This document shows positions 10,415 to 23,700 of a stretch of DNA of 64,000 nt, in pieces. The stretch is from positions 1,302,001 through 1,366,000 of the forward strand of contig NW_026250408.1 in NCBI RefSeq assembly GCF_024521635.1, given 5' to 3'. Position numbers and translations under genes: made by a program. Position 1 is the first letter of the stretch. Each line of letters opens with the position of its first letter. The notes under the pieces are model-generated. The model did not search any database. It saw nothing but the letters and a program-made list of their open reading frames with translations, and was not told where the DNA came from. This DNA comes from Tricharina praecox. Its lineage: Eukaryota.

Positions 10415-11865
10415 AACCCTCCTAAGGTTCAACTTCCAACGAGAGCAAGTATGACTGGTTCAGTGTGCATCCGGTATTGCCAATGGAAACCGTCCGCAGC
10501 TTGTACCTCGGTAAACTTCTTCTCTGGTTCCCATGTTGGTGCTGCGTAGCCTCTCCATTTCACTAGGTACAGGAGTTTGCCCCTGAGGTTCCGGCTGTTG
10601 AGAACCTCTTCAACCTCCCATTCTTCTTGGTCGTCTACGATTACCGGAAGTGGTGGCGACGTAGCGAATTTGGTGCAACCATTCTGCTACATCTACGCTT
10701 GTTATTCCTCCCTGGTGTCGACACACATATCCAGCCCGAAGTGGCACCGTGGGTGGTATTCAATGTTAGTGAAGAGTGGGGACACAGAAGCCGTGTTGGA
10801 GACCTGGTTGTTCCCAGCAAATTCAGCCAAGAAAAGTTAATCGATCCAGTCATTCAGGAGGTAGCTGTCATATGCGCGGAGGTGTTGTTCTGTAACAACG
10901 TTCATGCGTACAGTATGGCCGTCAGTCTGGGGATGCTAGGCCGTCAACAGGCGTGGCTCGATCTTGAGGCATGAGTATAGGTGTTTCCAGAATCTCGAGG
11001 CAAACTGGCGACCCGTATGTGAGACGGTGGTTTCTGGCAACCCTGGTACCTGAAGATCTGGTCGCACAACAGTTCGGCTAGTCCTTCCAAGGTGATGGTC
11101 GTGGTACATGGTAGGAGATGGCGTTGCTTTGTCAGTCGGTCAACAAACACACAGATGGTGTCAAACCAGGGTGGGGGTGGCAACATGTGTGATGCCCTCT
11201 CACTCGATGAGCCGGCCGTCGATGACTTCGAGGGTGCGGGGGGATTTCAGCTGTACGAGGGGTAGGTGTTGATGGCGGGCGAAGTCTTTGTCCACAAATG
11301 CAATTCCGGTTGCCCCACATTCGATCACCGCATGCGTGGCAATAGTTTTGTCACCAAACAAAAGGTTACATAATACAACAGGATGTTTTCCTTCCATTGA
11401 TGATTACTCCACAACCATTCCTGACACTGAGAGACTAGACAAACGAAAAATAGGGGACATAGGAGACGAAGACTGATCCTGGATACTACCAACAACAGTG
11501 TCATCAAGCAATCATTGGTCTAGGCTTTTCCCGACTGCTGGGAGGCCTCGCCGCAATCCTGGTTGCAGTTGTGATAGGTGTGAGCCGGGGTGATTTGGTG
11601 GGCTGGGCTGACTCTAGCGGGGCAACGGCTGCTCGGAACGGATATCGGTTCTAGTTGGGGTAGTGCCGGGCCATGTGGCCACTTCCTCCACAGTTCGGAC
11701 AGCGGCCTTCGCTGAGCGAGGTGGCACGCTCTTGGTCTAAGATCGTGCGGCTGTTGGCACTTAAGTCCATGGCTCTGGGGGCCGTTCTGGTGGCAGTGGC
11801 CGTCGCGGGCATGGTATTCTGGGTAGGGTGCCTCAGCGGCGCCGTGAGCTGTGGTGCACTGCTCA
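10415..11865 (-). pseudogene. Heavily deleted family-A internal remnant (gag end, PR, INT, chromodomain)
   Basis: Minus-strand pieces include MEGKHPVVLCNL (PR), DTICVFVDRLTKQRH (INT) and the chromodomain 3' end, joined across large deletions. Confidence 0.85.
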
Positions 11866-12058
11866 GGTAACGGGACAGTCGGGCAAGGCTTTAAGTGGGC
11901 AGACGGGCGGGTTATCGGGATCAGGGTTTGGCAGACGCAAAACGGGTTCAGAGGACAAGGTAAGGCAGGGCTCAGCGCAGACGGCAACTGAGAAAACCGG
12001 GATAGAGACAAGGACAACGGGGCAGACGGTAGCCGAGGTAAGGACAGAGGTAACAGTG
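11866..12058 (-). repeat. Family-A LTR, U5 part (split by B2)
   Basis: LTR-A reverse complement ending ...GAGGTAACAGTG. It continues at 28078. Confidence 0.85.
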
Positions 12059-13258
12059 TGTGACAGCCCGATAGGTATCGGAGGTCACGACGGTCGCAAG
12101 AGATGTGATTAGATAGTCCGGGTGATTAGAATAGAGTTGCGAGCCGAAAGGATAGTTAGAAGCGATCAAGGACAAGATAGGAAGGAGGGAGCAAACGGAT
12201 TCCAGAGTCTAGACAGTGATCGGAGATGCGGGAGATCGGGATAACAGTCCAGAGGGCTTTGAGATCTCCGTTCATAGGGCCCCGCAGTAGGAACTCCGAT
12301 CCAGGGAAAACTGTTATGACGAGAGAATCCAACATCGACCGATGGGGGCAGAGAACTTCGAGCGAAGAACTCTGCCGGCGCATGAGGGAGATAATTGCTC
12401 GGAAACTCCGATCTATCTTGGGCGCGTAGTGCTTACCACCTGCCTAGTCGAGAAGACTATCCGAAGAGAGCTGACGACGACTCAAGGCTAGGCCGCGGAA
12501 CTCCGATGCAAAGGAAGCAACGGAGCTACGTTAGGCCGCACTCTAGAGAAATCACGTTCTGAGGATCGGAACCGATATAAGTTGAACCGAGCGGGCAACC
12601 GAACCAAAAGCTACAATCATCGCACCGAACAAACCATCAAAGAAACACCCTCAAGATTATTCCGTTGTGAATTATCGAAATCCCTGACTTTTATTCTACA
12701 CTCAATATCACCATAGACTCCGACGACCCAAACTCGTTCCAGTATCACGCTATAATCTTGAGGTTACGGTCACTGATTTCTAACGCAATGTCCTCCTTAA
12801 ACCTCGACATGCTCCGCCTTGAACTTCCTCAGACCCTGAGCAATGCGCTCGTTAGCATCCCGCAAGCATCCGAAACGGTCGAAGTACGAAACGCGGCAGC
12901 CTGGCTCAGGCTGATGAATCACCAATACCAAATGGCACAAAGAGACCTGCGCCAACTTTACCATGGATGCTATCAGAAGTTCAACGATGAGGAATCGCGA
13001 ATGCAGGACATCAGAAGGAACTACGAAGAACTATGCGATGGGGTCAAGTATGTGTACAACCTCTACGCTCACAATGCCGAAATAAATACAGAATGGCTTC
13101 GAACCGATCTGTCAACGGTAGCAAACGCGACACACACCCTGAGCAGCGGCGTATGGGCAGTCATTCGAGAACATAACCAGAAAGAGGAACACAACCACCA
13201 GCTGCAAAGCGTCGCAAACGCTTGGCTACAAGACGCCATCGTATTCCTTGAAACCGCG

Positions 13259-13817
13259 TGTCACGGCTCGCGACGGAATGAGGAAGGGAGGGTCGGCACA
13301 AGGATCGGGAGAGTTGGGTGGCAGTGCAGAGGCAGTGCACCGGCAGTGCAAGGATGAGTCGCAGAGGATTGGGGGCTGTGTGCAGGGAACAGGGATAGCG
13401 CAGTAATGAGCCGCAGGAGATTGGGGCTGTGTGCAGGAAGCAGGGGTAGTGCGGCTGCGCAGGGTATGAGTAACGGAAGTGGGGTACTGGCAAGGTGGAT
13501 TTCTCAGGGTCTGGCACACGCCCACGCTCATTGCCAGGTTGCAGGAAGAAGTGGAGGATTTCCTATATAAACGGGCCGTTGCCCCTCCGTATTTGGTTCT
13601 TCGCGCAACAACTTGTTAATTCAACCACTGTTACCTCTGTCCTTGCCTCGGCTGCCGTCTGCGCCGTAGTCCTTGTCCCTGCCTCTGTTCTCAGTTGCCG
13701 TCTGCACTGAGCCCTGCCTTACTTTGTCCTCCGAACCCGTCTTGCCTCTATCGAACGCAGAACCCGATCCCCAGCCCGACTTCGCTACCTAGAGCCTTTC
13801 CCGACCGTGCCGTTACA
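13259..13817 (+). mobile_element. Solo LTR-A (559 bp)
   Basis: TG...CA with a perfect TSD CCGCG. Confidence 0.95.
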
Positions 13818-15298
13818 CCGCGCAAGTCGAACAACGCAGGGATCAAGCGGTGTACAACCGCAACGTGGAAATTTGGGCGGGAAAACAGGAAGAGAAGTCA
13901 GAATACCTATACAAAGAGCAACAGCGAATCAAGGAAAAAATCGCTCGAGCGGAGAAAAAATTGAAGGCTGTAGAGGTAAGGACAGGAAAGGCGAAGGAAA
14001 AGGCCCCAGAGTGGGTAAACACCACACCAAGAGGAGGATCGCGGGCAGAAAGATCTGCAACAAGGGAAACTCCGGCAGGTGCAGGAATGTCCCCTCCTTC
14101 TCCACCCCCAAGACGTCCGGTGACTAACCTTGGAGGTGGTCCCTCGGATGAGGAACCATCGGATGATGGGGATTCTATCCCCTTGCCGCGAGGTTCGCCG
14201 CTAGGTTCGCCGCCCCGTCACCGAAGCGCTCCGCTACCAAGAGAAGACGACGAAGACGAAGATAGTCGCTTCGCTTGGATCATCGCTGCTGCCGTCTTTG
14301 CATCGAACCCGAGGGCCATCAAGCTTGAAATGAAAGAGCCCAAGCCGTTCGATGGTATGCAAAGGTCAGCCTTCCGTCCATGGTGGGACTCAGTCGAAGA
14401 ATATCTTGAGTTCCACCCAGAGACAAACGAGCAGCAAAATATGGCGTGGGTGGGATCGCGACTGGAAGGAACAGCGGCAGAATGGCATCAGGCCTGTCGA
14501 AAAAGCTTGAGACAGCTACACTTGGAAGATACCTGGCAGGCGTACCAAGAGGCACTCAAGGAGGCGTACCGCGACACGCAGGAAGGAGCGAATGCATTAA
14601 GAACGATGTGGGCCCTCGAATACAAAGGAGATATCCAGGCTTACATGACGTCCTTCCGATCGCTCTACATGATCGCTCGCGCCACCAGCGAACCGCTACG
14701 AGACATAGTCAACCAGGCCATGACCACCGACATCGTCGACATGTGCTTCAACCAGCACACCGAACCCTACGAAGACGATGAGGACTTCCTGGAAACGGTG
14801 CTCAGGGCTGGCAACCATGTGGAACGACGGGACGCGCTGAAGAAGGCAAGGGCAATGAGGAAAGGGGGATCGGGTAGCCAGGGTTCCGGCGACTGGAAGG
14901 GACCTGGCAACGGCCGGCAGGGCCAAGGAAAGGGCGGAGACCCCGGTGGCCGCAAGGAAAGCGGGGAGTCGCCGGAGGGCCGAAAGGCCAAGGAAGCAAC
15001 AGGAGTCCGGAAGGGAAGGACAAGGGAAGGGGACATCTACGCGGGAGCAAAGGAGGCTCTGGTAGGGGTTCCTCAGAAGGAGATCGTTGCCCACAAAGCA
15101 TCCAAATGCGACTGTTGGCGTTGCGGACGAGATGGCCACCGAACCTTCCAATGCTACGCCAGGATAACAGTCGCGGGTAACGTACTCCCCGAGAGTCCAA
15201 AGGTGTCATCCGTGACAAAGAGAAAGCGGGACACCCAGGATGCCGGACCCACTCGACTGAGGTTCAAGCAACACAAGGCTACGGCGGTTGTGGTAGAA

Positions 15299-15991
15299 TG
15301 TGAGACTGGAACGAGTTTGTGTTGTTGGAGTCTATGGTGATATCGAATGTAGAATAAAAGTCAGGGATTTCGATAATTCACAACGGAATAATCTTAAGGG
15401 TGTTTCTTTGATGGTTTTTTCAGTGCAATGATTGTAGTTTTTGGTTCGGTTGCCTGCTCGGTTCGACTTATAGCTGTTCCGATCCTCAGCACATGATTCC
15501 TCTAGAGTGCGGCCTAACGTAGCTCCGTTGCTTCCTTTGCATCGGAGTTCCGCGGCCTAGCCTTGAGTCGTCGTCAGCTCTCTTCGGATAGTCTTCTCGA
15601 CTAGGCAGGTGGTAAACACCACGCGCCCAAGATAGATCAGAGTTTCCGAGCAATTATCTCCCTCATGCGCCGGCAGAGTTCTTCGCTCGAAGTTGTCTGC
15701 CCCCAATCGGTCGATGTTCGATTCTCTCGTCATAACAGTTTTTCCCTGGATCGGAGTTCCTACTGTGGGGCCCTATGAACGGAGATCTCAAAGCCCTCTG
15801 GACTGTTATCCCGATCACCTGCGTCTCCGATCACTGTCTAGACTCTGGAATCCGTTTGCTTCATCCTTCCTATCTTGTTCTTGATCGCTTCTAACTATCC
15901 CTTCGGCTCGCAACTCTATTCTAATCACCTGAACTATCTAATCACATCTCTTGCGACCGTCCAGACCTCCAATACCTATTGGGGTGTCACA
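15299..15991 (-). mobile_element. Solo LTR-B
   Basis: Reverse-complement LTR-B with a degenerate TSD TAGAA/TGGAG. The gag sequence is continuous across it. Confidence 0.9.
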
Positions 15992-16053
15992 TGGAGGATG
16001 TAGCAATGACGGAGGCCCCTCCATTCTGGGAGAGGAAAGAGAGCGAGCCGGAG

Positions 16054-19000
16054 GATTTTTGAGTGGCCCCAGCACTCCGCAGATTGGGCGGCCAGGTGTA
16101 TATATTTGCGGAACGAAGAGACCACGGCCTCAGGATATCGACAGCGAATCCAGAGATAAGCGAAGACGAACGGACCGACATATTTCTACGAGTCCAACCG
16201 CGCCGAGCGCCTCAGGGTGTGAACCCTCAAAACCTGTCAGCGGACCACGGCCAATCATAGAAATGATACTCCTCTGGTATGGGCACAAGCGACGGCGGAT
16301 CCGAGTACTCCGCGACACAGGATGTGCCATTCCGATCATCAAACGAAGCCTTGCACGAGAACTTGGGTTGCCCCTCATTCAACGACCCAAGCCGATGGAA
16401 ATCAAGGACTTCCACGGAACCATAGTGGAAGGAGCCGGGAAATCTTATAGAATGCCGATGCTCCTCCAACACCCGAGACACTACACCAACGAAACCTTCG
16501 AAGTGGCTCCCTTGGACGACTGCGATGCCTACCTCCCGTATTGGTGGATGGCTAAGCATGAACCGACAGGGTTGTGGAAGAATGAAGCACAGAAAATTCG
16601 CTTCACCAGCACCCGGTGCAAGGAAAAATGCACCTTGCAACAAGCAACCAGCTTTCCGATGGAACTTGACACGTCTGTCATTCACAATTCGGAGGCTCGC
16701 ATTATTGGATACGTCTCAGCTGGCCCGGAATCAGATCCACCCATGAATCTGCTTCCGGAGAAGTTCAGACGATATGCCAACATCATGAGCAAGGAAGCAG
16801 CCGATAAGCTTCCCGACCACAAGTCCTACGACCACGCAATCGATCTCAAGGAAGGAGAGACTCCTCCATGGGGTCCTATCTATGCCCTGTCAGAGAAAGA
16901 ACTTGAGGCCCTCAGGGAGTGGCTCAAGGAGATGCTCCAGACAGGCAAGATTCGAAGATCCAAATCACCAGCCGGGGCGCCGATATTATTTGTACCAAAG
17001 GCGCACGGCAGGGGTCTCCGATTGTGTGTCGACTATCGCGGTATCAACAAGATTACCGTAGCCAATCGCTACCGACTCCCGATAATGGCAGAATTGCAAG
17101 TCCGAGTCAGGGGTGCAAAAGTCTTCACCAAGATTGATCTGAAGAATGGCTATCACCTTATCCGCATCAAGGAAGGTGACGAATGGAAGACGGCTTTCCG
17201 CTGTAGATACGGACTATTCGAGTTTTTGGTCATGCCGTTTGGGCTGACCAACCCTCCAGCGACGTTTCAGGACATGATTAACCACATATTTCGGGATATG
17301 TTGGACCTGGGACTGGTCGCATACATCGATGACCTCCTCATCTATGCTAAGACGCACGAGGAGCATGACAAGATAGTCATCGAGGTACTAAAAAGGTTGG
17401 AAGAAAATAAGTGGGCACTCTCACCAGAGAAGTGTGTGTGGTCGACAGGGAGAGTCGAGTTCCTAGGATACGTGATATCCCAAGATGGAATTGAGATGGC
17501 TAAAGACAAGGTGGAATCTGTGCTCTCGTGGGAGGCGCCGCGGTCCCTGAAGGAAGTACAAGCCTTTCTTGGGTTCGCCAATTTTTACAGGCGCTTCATC
17601 AAGGATTTCTCAAAGATCACGAGACCCTTGACCGAGAGCACAAAAGAAAAAGGGAAGGATTGGAGATGGACAGCGGAGATGGAACTCGCCTTCGAGGAGC
17701 TGAAGTCTAGGTTCACCACGGCACCGATTCTCGGGCACTTCAACCCAGAATTACCTGTCGTGGTGGAATCCGACGCTTCGGACTTCGCGTTGGACGCGGT
17801 CCTGTTACAAAGGGCAGAGGATGGGAAGTTACACCCGGTTGCGTTCCACTCAAGAAAGTTTACTTCAGCGGAAATCTACTTCGAGATTCACGATAAGCAA
17901 TTACTCGCGATAGTAGACTCTCTCAAACGCTGGCTGCAACACCTCGAGGGAGCAAAACACAAGATCCAGGTGTACAGCGACCACCAGAACCTTGAGTACT
18001 TCACAACTACAAAAGTACTCAATTGACGGCAGGCGAGATGGGCACAAGAACTCGCTGGCATCGACTTCAAAATCTACTACCGGCTTGGCAGCCAGAACGG
18101 CAAGCCTGACGCATTATCCAGGCGCCCAGAGTACCGCCCTGAAAAAGGGGGGGGTGAAGATCAGCCGATTACGACGGTCCTGCATAAATCACACTTTGCA
18201 GGCGACGATTCGATAGTTTCATCAATCAGCACCGGAGGCCAGAGCACCGTGTTCCTGGTTTCGTCATCTCGGCTACAATCAATCCCCGTACCAAAGTGGA
18301 ATGAAGAATTTCTGGGTTGGGTCAGGAAGGCAGGAAAGGATGATACTGGGTATCAGGAGGCTCTGAGCAGCATCAAGAACACGAACGAGGACGCGGCTCA
18401 GAAAGACACTGAGTCAAAGAGCCGAGGGGCCTGGGCACTAGCCGCCGAGAGTAGGGACTCCGGCAGGATCGGTCGGAAGGCCAGAATTTTCAGGATGAAA
18501 GAGGGGTGCCTGTATAGGAAAGAAAGGCTATGGATACCAGACGACAAGGAACGCGTCAGACACATCCTCGAGTCGTAACACGATACCAAAGACGCGAGGC
18601 ATATAGGCCAGCACAAGACTATCAAAACTTGTCCGACGCAATTTCTGGTGGCCAAAGATGGACGAGCAGATTATAGACTTCCTCCGGAGTTGCGGGCAGT
18701 GTCAGAAGGACAAAGCAACAAGGCACCAGCTGTATGGACTACTCAATCCCCTCGAGTTACCATACACCCCATGGCAATCAATAGCCATGGACTTCATTAC
18801 CGACCTACCGGAATCGAACAGATGTGACCAGCTATGGGTGGTCTTCGACCGCTTCACCAAGATGGCGCATTTCATCCTCCTACTTAAGGATGGGAAGATA
18901 GCTGAGGATCTCGCGAAGATTTTTGCCCGCGAGATATGGCGGTTTCACGGATTACCAGCAGACATAGTGTCAGATCGAGAGTCACGGTTTACCTCGGGTA

Positions 19001-19867
19001 CATGCAAAAACTCATCCGGCTGCTAGGGATTAAACCCCGGATGTCAACAACATTCCACCCCCAGACGGATGGACAAACCGAACGCCTCAACCAGACGATC
19101 GAAGCCTACCTTCGCTCCTTCGTCAACTACGAGCAGAACGGTTGGGTGAATCTCTTACCGATGGTTGAGTTTGCCTACAAGAATTTGGTCACATCGGCAA
19201 CAGGAATGTCGCCCTTCTATGCGAACTCCGGATACCACCCTTCGGCGACAAACCCTGCTGCGGCAAATTCTCTCAACCCCGCCAGCAAGGTCTACGCTCA
19301 CTGGATGCATACAGTCCATGAGGAAAACATCAAGACCCTCGAACGAAGGCGCGAACGAATGCGCAAGTATGCAGACCAACACCGCCGGGAGGCACCGGCT
19401 TATCAAGTAGGAGACTTGGTAATGCTTAACGGGCGGAACATTCAAACCCGCCGACTATCGCGGAAGTTGGACCACAAGAACCATGGTCCCTTCCAAATCG
19501 AGAAGATCGTATCGCCGCTCGCTGTCAAGCTCACTCTGCCAAGAAAGTGGAAGATACATAATGTCTTTCACGTCTTGCTCGTTGAACCGTTCCAGCCGGA
19601 AACCGAGCACCACCGGATCCCTCTCAGATCTTACGAGAGGCCGACGATGTGGAAGGCAACGAGGAATACGACGTCGACGAGGTTATGGGCAGCTCCAAGA
19701 AATGTCGACGATTGCTCTACCTTGTGAAATGGCTCAACTACCCCGAACGACGGGACTGGACGAACGAGCCATTCGACAACTTCTCAGTAGGCGGTCGGGA
19801 AAAGCTACGCGAGTTTCATTGCAAAAATCACGATGCGCCGAGGGACTACCGGCTCACAGATGAGTAA
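16054..19867 (+). pseudogene. pol: B2 pol with stops and frameshifts
   Basis: ORFs 15951-18026, 18249-18578, 18658-19026, 18936-19727 and 19649-19867 are colinear with the intact 1269-aa Pol. Confidence 0.92.
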
Positions 19868-20730
19868 GATGTTTTTCCCCTGTGGTTTTCTCGAACTCGG
19901 TGTGAGACTGGGACGGGTTTGTGTCGTCGGAGTCTATAGTAAAATCGAGGATAGAATAAAAGTCAGGGATTTCGATAATTCACAACGGAATAATCTTAAG
20001 GGTGTTTGTTCGATGGTTTGTTCGGTGCGATGATTGTGGTTTGTTCGGTTGCCCGCTCGGTTCGACTTATAGTCGTCCCGTTCCTCAGCACGTGATTCCT
20101 CTAGAGTGCGGCCTAACGTAGCTCCGTTGCTTCCTTTGCATCGGAGTTCCGCGGCCTAGCCTTGAGTCGTCGTCAGCTCTCTTCGGATAGTCTTCTCGAC
20201 TAGGCAGGTGGTAAACACCACGCGCCCAAGATAGATCGGAGTTTCCGAGCAATTATCTCCCTCATGCGCCGGCAGAGTTCTTCGCTCGAAGTTGTCTGCC
20301 CCCATCGGTCGATGTTCGATTCTCTCGTCATAACAGTTTTTTCCTGGATCGGAGTTCCTACTGCGGGGCCCTATGATCGGAGATCTCAAAGTCCTCTGGA
20401 CTGTTATCCCGATCTCCCGCATCTCCGATCACTGTCTAGACTCTGGAATCCGTTTGCTCCCTCCTTCCTATCTTGTCCTTGATCGCTTCTAACTATCCTT
20501 TCGGCTCGCAACTCTATTCTAATCACCCGAACTATCTAATCACATCTCTTGCGACCGTCGTGACCTCCGATACCTATCGGGGTGTCACACCATCTCCCCT
20601 CCCACGAGGCTTCGGCCCGAAGCACCCAAGACCTCGCCTTTATCCTAACTTGATAACTGTGGATGAAGTCCTCCATCCCCTTCATCCTACTACCTGCCCG
20701 AGTTCGAGAAAACCACATGGGAAAAAACTC

Positions 20731-23700
20731 TTACTCATCTGTGAGCCGGTAGTCCCTCGGCGCATCGGGATTTTTGCGATGAAACTCGCGTAGCTTTTCC
20801 CGACCGCCTACTGAGAAGTTGTCGAATGGCTCGTTCGTCCAGTCACGTCGTTCGGGGTAGTTGAGCCATTTGACGAGGTAGAGCACTCGTCGACCTTTCT
20901 TAGAGCTGCCCATAACCTCATCGACGTCGTATTCTTCGTTGCCTTCCACATCATCGGCCTCTCGTAAGATTTGAGAGGGATCCGGTGGTGCTCGGGTGCC
21001 GGCTCGGAACGGTTCAACGAGCGAGACGTGAAAGACATTATGAATCTTCCACTTCCTTGGCAGAGTGAGCTTGACAGCGAGCGGCGATACGATCTTCTCG
21101 ATTTGGAAGGGACCATGGTTCTTGTGGTCCAACTTCCGCGAGGGTCGGCGGGTTTGAATGTTCCGCCCATTGAGCATTACCAAGTCTCCTACTTGATAAG
21201 CCGGTGCCTCCTGACGATGTTGATCTGCATACTTGCGCATTCGTTCGCGCGTTCGTTCGAGGGTCTTGATGTTTTCCTCGTGGACTGTATGCATCCAGTG
21301 AGCGTAGACCTTGCTGGCGGGGTTGAGAGAATTTGCCGCAGCAGGGTTTGTCGCCGACGGGTGGTATCCGAAATTCGCATAGAAGGGCGACATTCCGGTT
21401 GCCGATGTAACCGAGTTGTTGTAGGCAAACTCAGCCATCGGTAGGAGATTCACCCAATCGTTCTGTTCGTAGTTGACGAAGGAGCGGAGGTATGCTTCGA
21501 TCGTCTGGTTGAGGCGTTCCGTTTGTCCATCCGTCTGTGGGTGGAACGCTGTTGACATCCGGGGCTTAATGCCTAGTAGCCGGATGAATTCTTTCCATGT
21601 ACCGGGGGTAAACCGTGAGTCTCGGTCCGACACTATGTCTGCTGGTAATCCGTGAAAGCGCCATATCTCGCGGGCAAAAATCTTCGCGAGATCCACGGCT
21701 ATCTTTCCATCCTTAGGTAGGGGGATGAAATGCGCCATCTTGGTGAAGCGGTCGACGACCACCCATAGCTGGTCGCATCCGTTGGATTCCGGTAGGTCGG
21801 TAATGAAGTCCATGGCTATTGATTGCCATGGGGTGTATGGTAACTCGAGGGGATTGAGTAGTCCATACGGCTGGTGCCTTGTTGCTTTGTCCTTCTGACA
21901 CTGCGCGCAACTCCGGACGAAGTCTATAATCTGCTCGTCCATCTTTGGCCACCAGAAATTGCGTCGGATAAGTTCGATAGTCTTGTCCTGGCCCATATGC
22001 CCCGCGACTTTCGTATCGTGTTCCGACTCGAGGATGTGTCTGACGAGTTCCTTATCGTCTGGTACCCATAGCCTTTCTTTCCTATACAGGCACCCCTCTT
22101 CCATCCTCAAAATCCTGGCCTTTCGGCCCATCCTGCCGGAGTCCCTACTCTCGGCGGCCAGTTCCCAGGCCTTTCGGCCCTCCGACTCAGTGTCCTTCTG
22201 AGCCGCGTCCTCGTTCGTGTCCTTGATGCTGCTCAGAGCCTCCTGATACCCAGCATCTTCCTTTCCTGCCTTCCTGACCCAACCCAGAAATTCTTCATTC
22301 CACTTTGGCACGGGGATTGAATGTAGCCGAGTTGACGAAACCAGGAACACGGTGCTTTCGCCTCCGGTGCTGATTGATGAAACTCTCGAATCGTCGCCTG
22401 CAAAGTGTGATTTATGCAGGATCGTCGTAATCGGCTGATCTTCACCCCCCCCTTTTTCAGGGCGGTACTCCGGGCGCCTGGATAATGCGTCAGGCTTGCC
22501 GTTCTGGCTGCCGGGCCGGTAGTAGATTTTGAAGTCGATGCCAGCGAGTTCTTGTGCCCATCTCGCCTGCCGTCGATTGAGTACTTTCGTGGTTGTGAAG
22601 TACTCAAGGTTCTGGTGGTCGCTGTACACCTGGATCTGGTGTTTTGCTCCCTCAAGGTATTGCCGCCAGCGTTTGAAAGAGTCTACTATCGCGAGTAGTT
22701 CCTTATCGTGAATCTCAAAGTTGATTTCGGCTGGGGTAAACTTTCTTGAGTGGAACGCAACTGGGTGTAACTTCCCATCCTCTGTCCTTTGAGACAGGAC
22801 CGCGCCCAACGCGAAGTCCGAAGCGTCGGATTCCACCATGACAGGTAATTCTGGGTTGAAGTGCCCGAGAATCGGTGCCGTGGTGAACCTAGACTTCAGC
22901 TCCTCGAAGGCCAGTTCCATCTCCGCTGTCCATCTCCAATCCTTCCCTTTTTCTTTTGTGCTCTCGGTCAAGGGTCTCGTGATCTTCGAGAAATCCTTGA
23001 TGAAGCGCCTGTAAAAATTGGCGAACCCAAGAAAGGCTTGTACTTCCTTCAGGGACCGCGGCGCCTCCCATGAGAGCACAGATTCCACCTTGTCCTTAGC
23101 CATGTCAATTCCATCTTGGGATATCACGTATCCTAGGAACTCGACTCTCCCTGTCGACCAGACACACTTCTCTGGTGAGATTGCCAACTTATTTTCTTCC
23201 AACCTCTTTAGTACCTCGATGACTATCTTGTCATGCTCCTCGTGCGTCTTCGCATAGATGAGGAGGTCATCGATGTACGCGACCAGTCCCAGGTCCAACA
23301 TATCCCGAAATATGTGGTTAATCATGTCCTGAAACGTCGCTGGAGCGTTGGTCAGCCCAAACGGCATGACCAAAAACTCAAATAGTCCGTATCGACAGCG
23401 GAAAGCCGTCTTCCACTCGTCACCTTCCTTGATGCGGATAAGGTGATAGCCATTCTTCAGATCAATCTTGGTGAAGACTTTCGCACCCCTGACTCGGTCT
23501 TGCAACTCTGCCATGATCGGGAGTGGGTAGCGATTGGCTATGGTAATCTTGTTGATACCGCGATAGTCGACACACAATCGGAGACCCCTGCCGTGCGCCT
23601 TTGGTACAAATAATATTGGCGCCCCGGCTGGTGATTTGGATCTTCGAATCTTGCCTGTCTGGAGCATCTCCTTGAGCCACTCCCTGAGGGCCTCAAGTTC

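Larger units (their letters stand above)
12788..16063 (+). pseudogene. gag: B2 gag, interrupted by a solo LTR-A and a solo LTR-B
   Basis: MSSLNLDML... ORFs 12758-13357 and 13850-15340 align to intact B gag, including CWRCGRDGHRTFQC. Confidence 0.9.
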
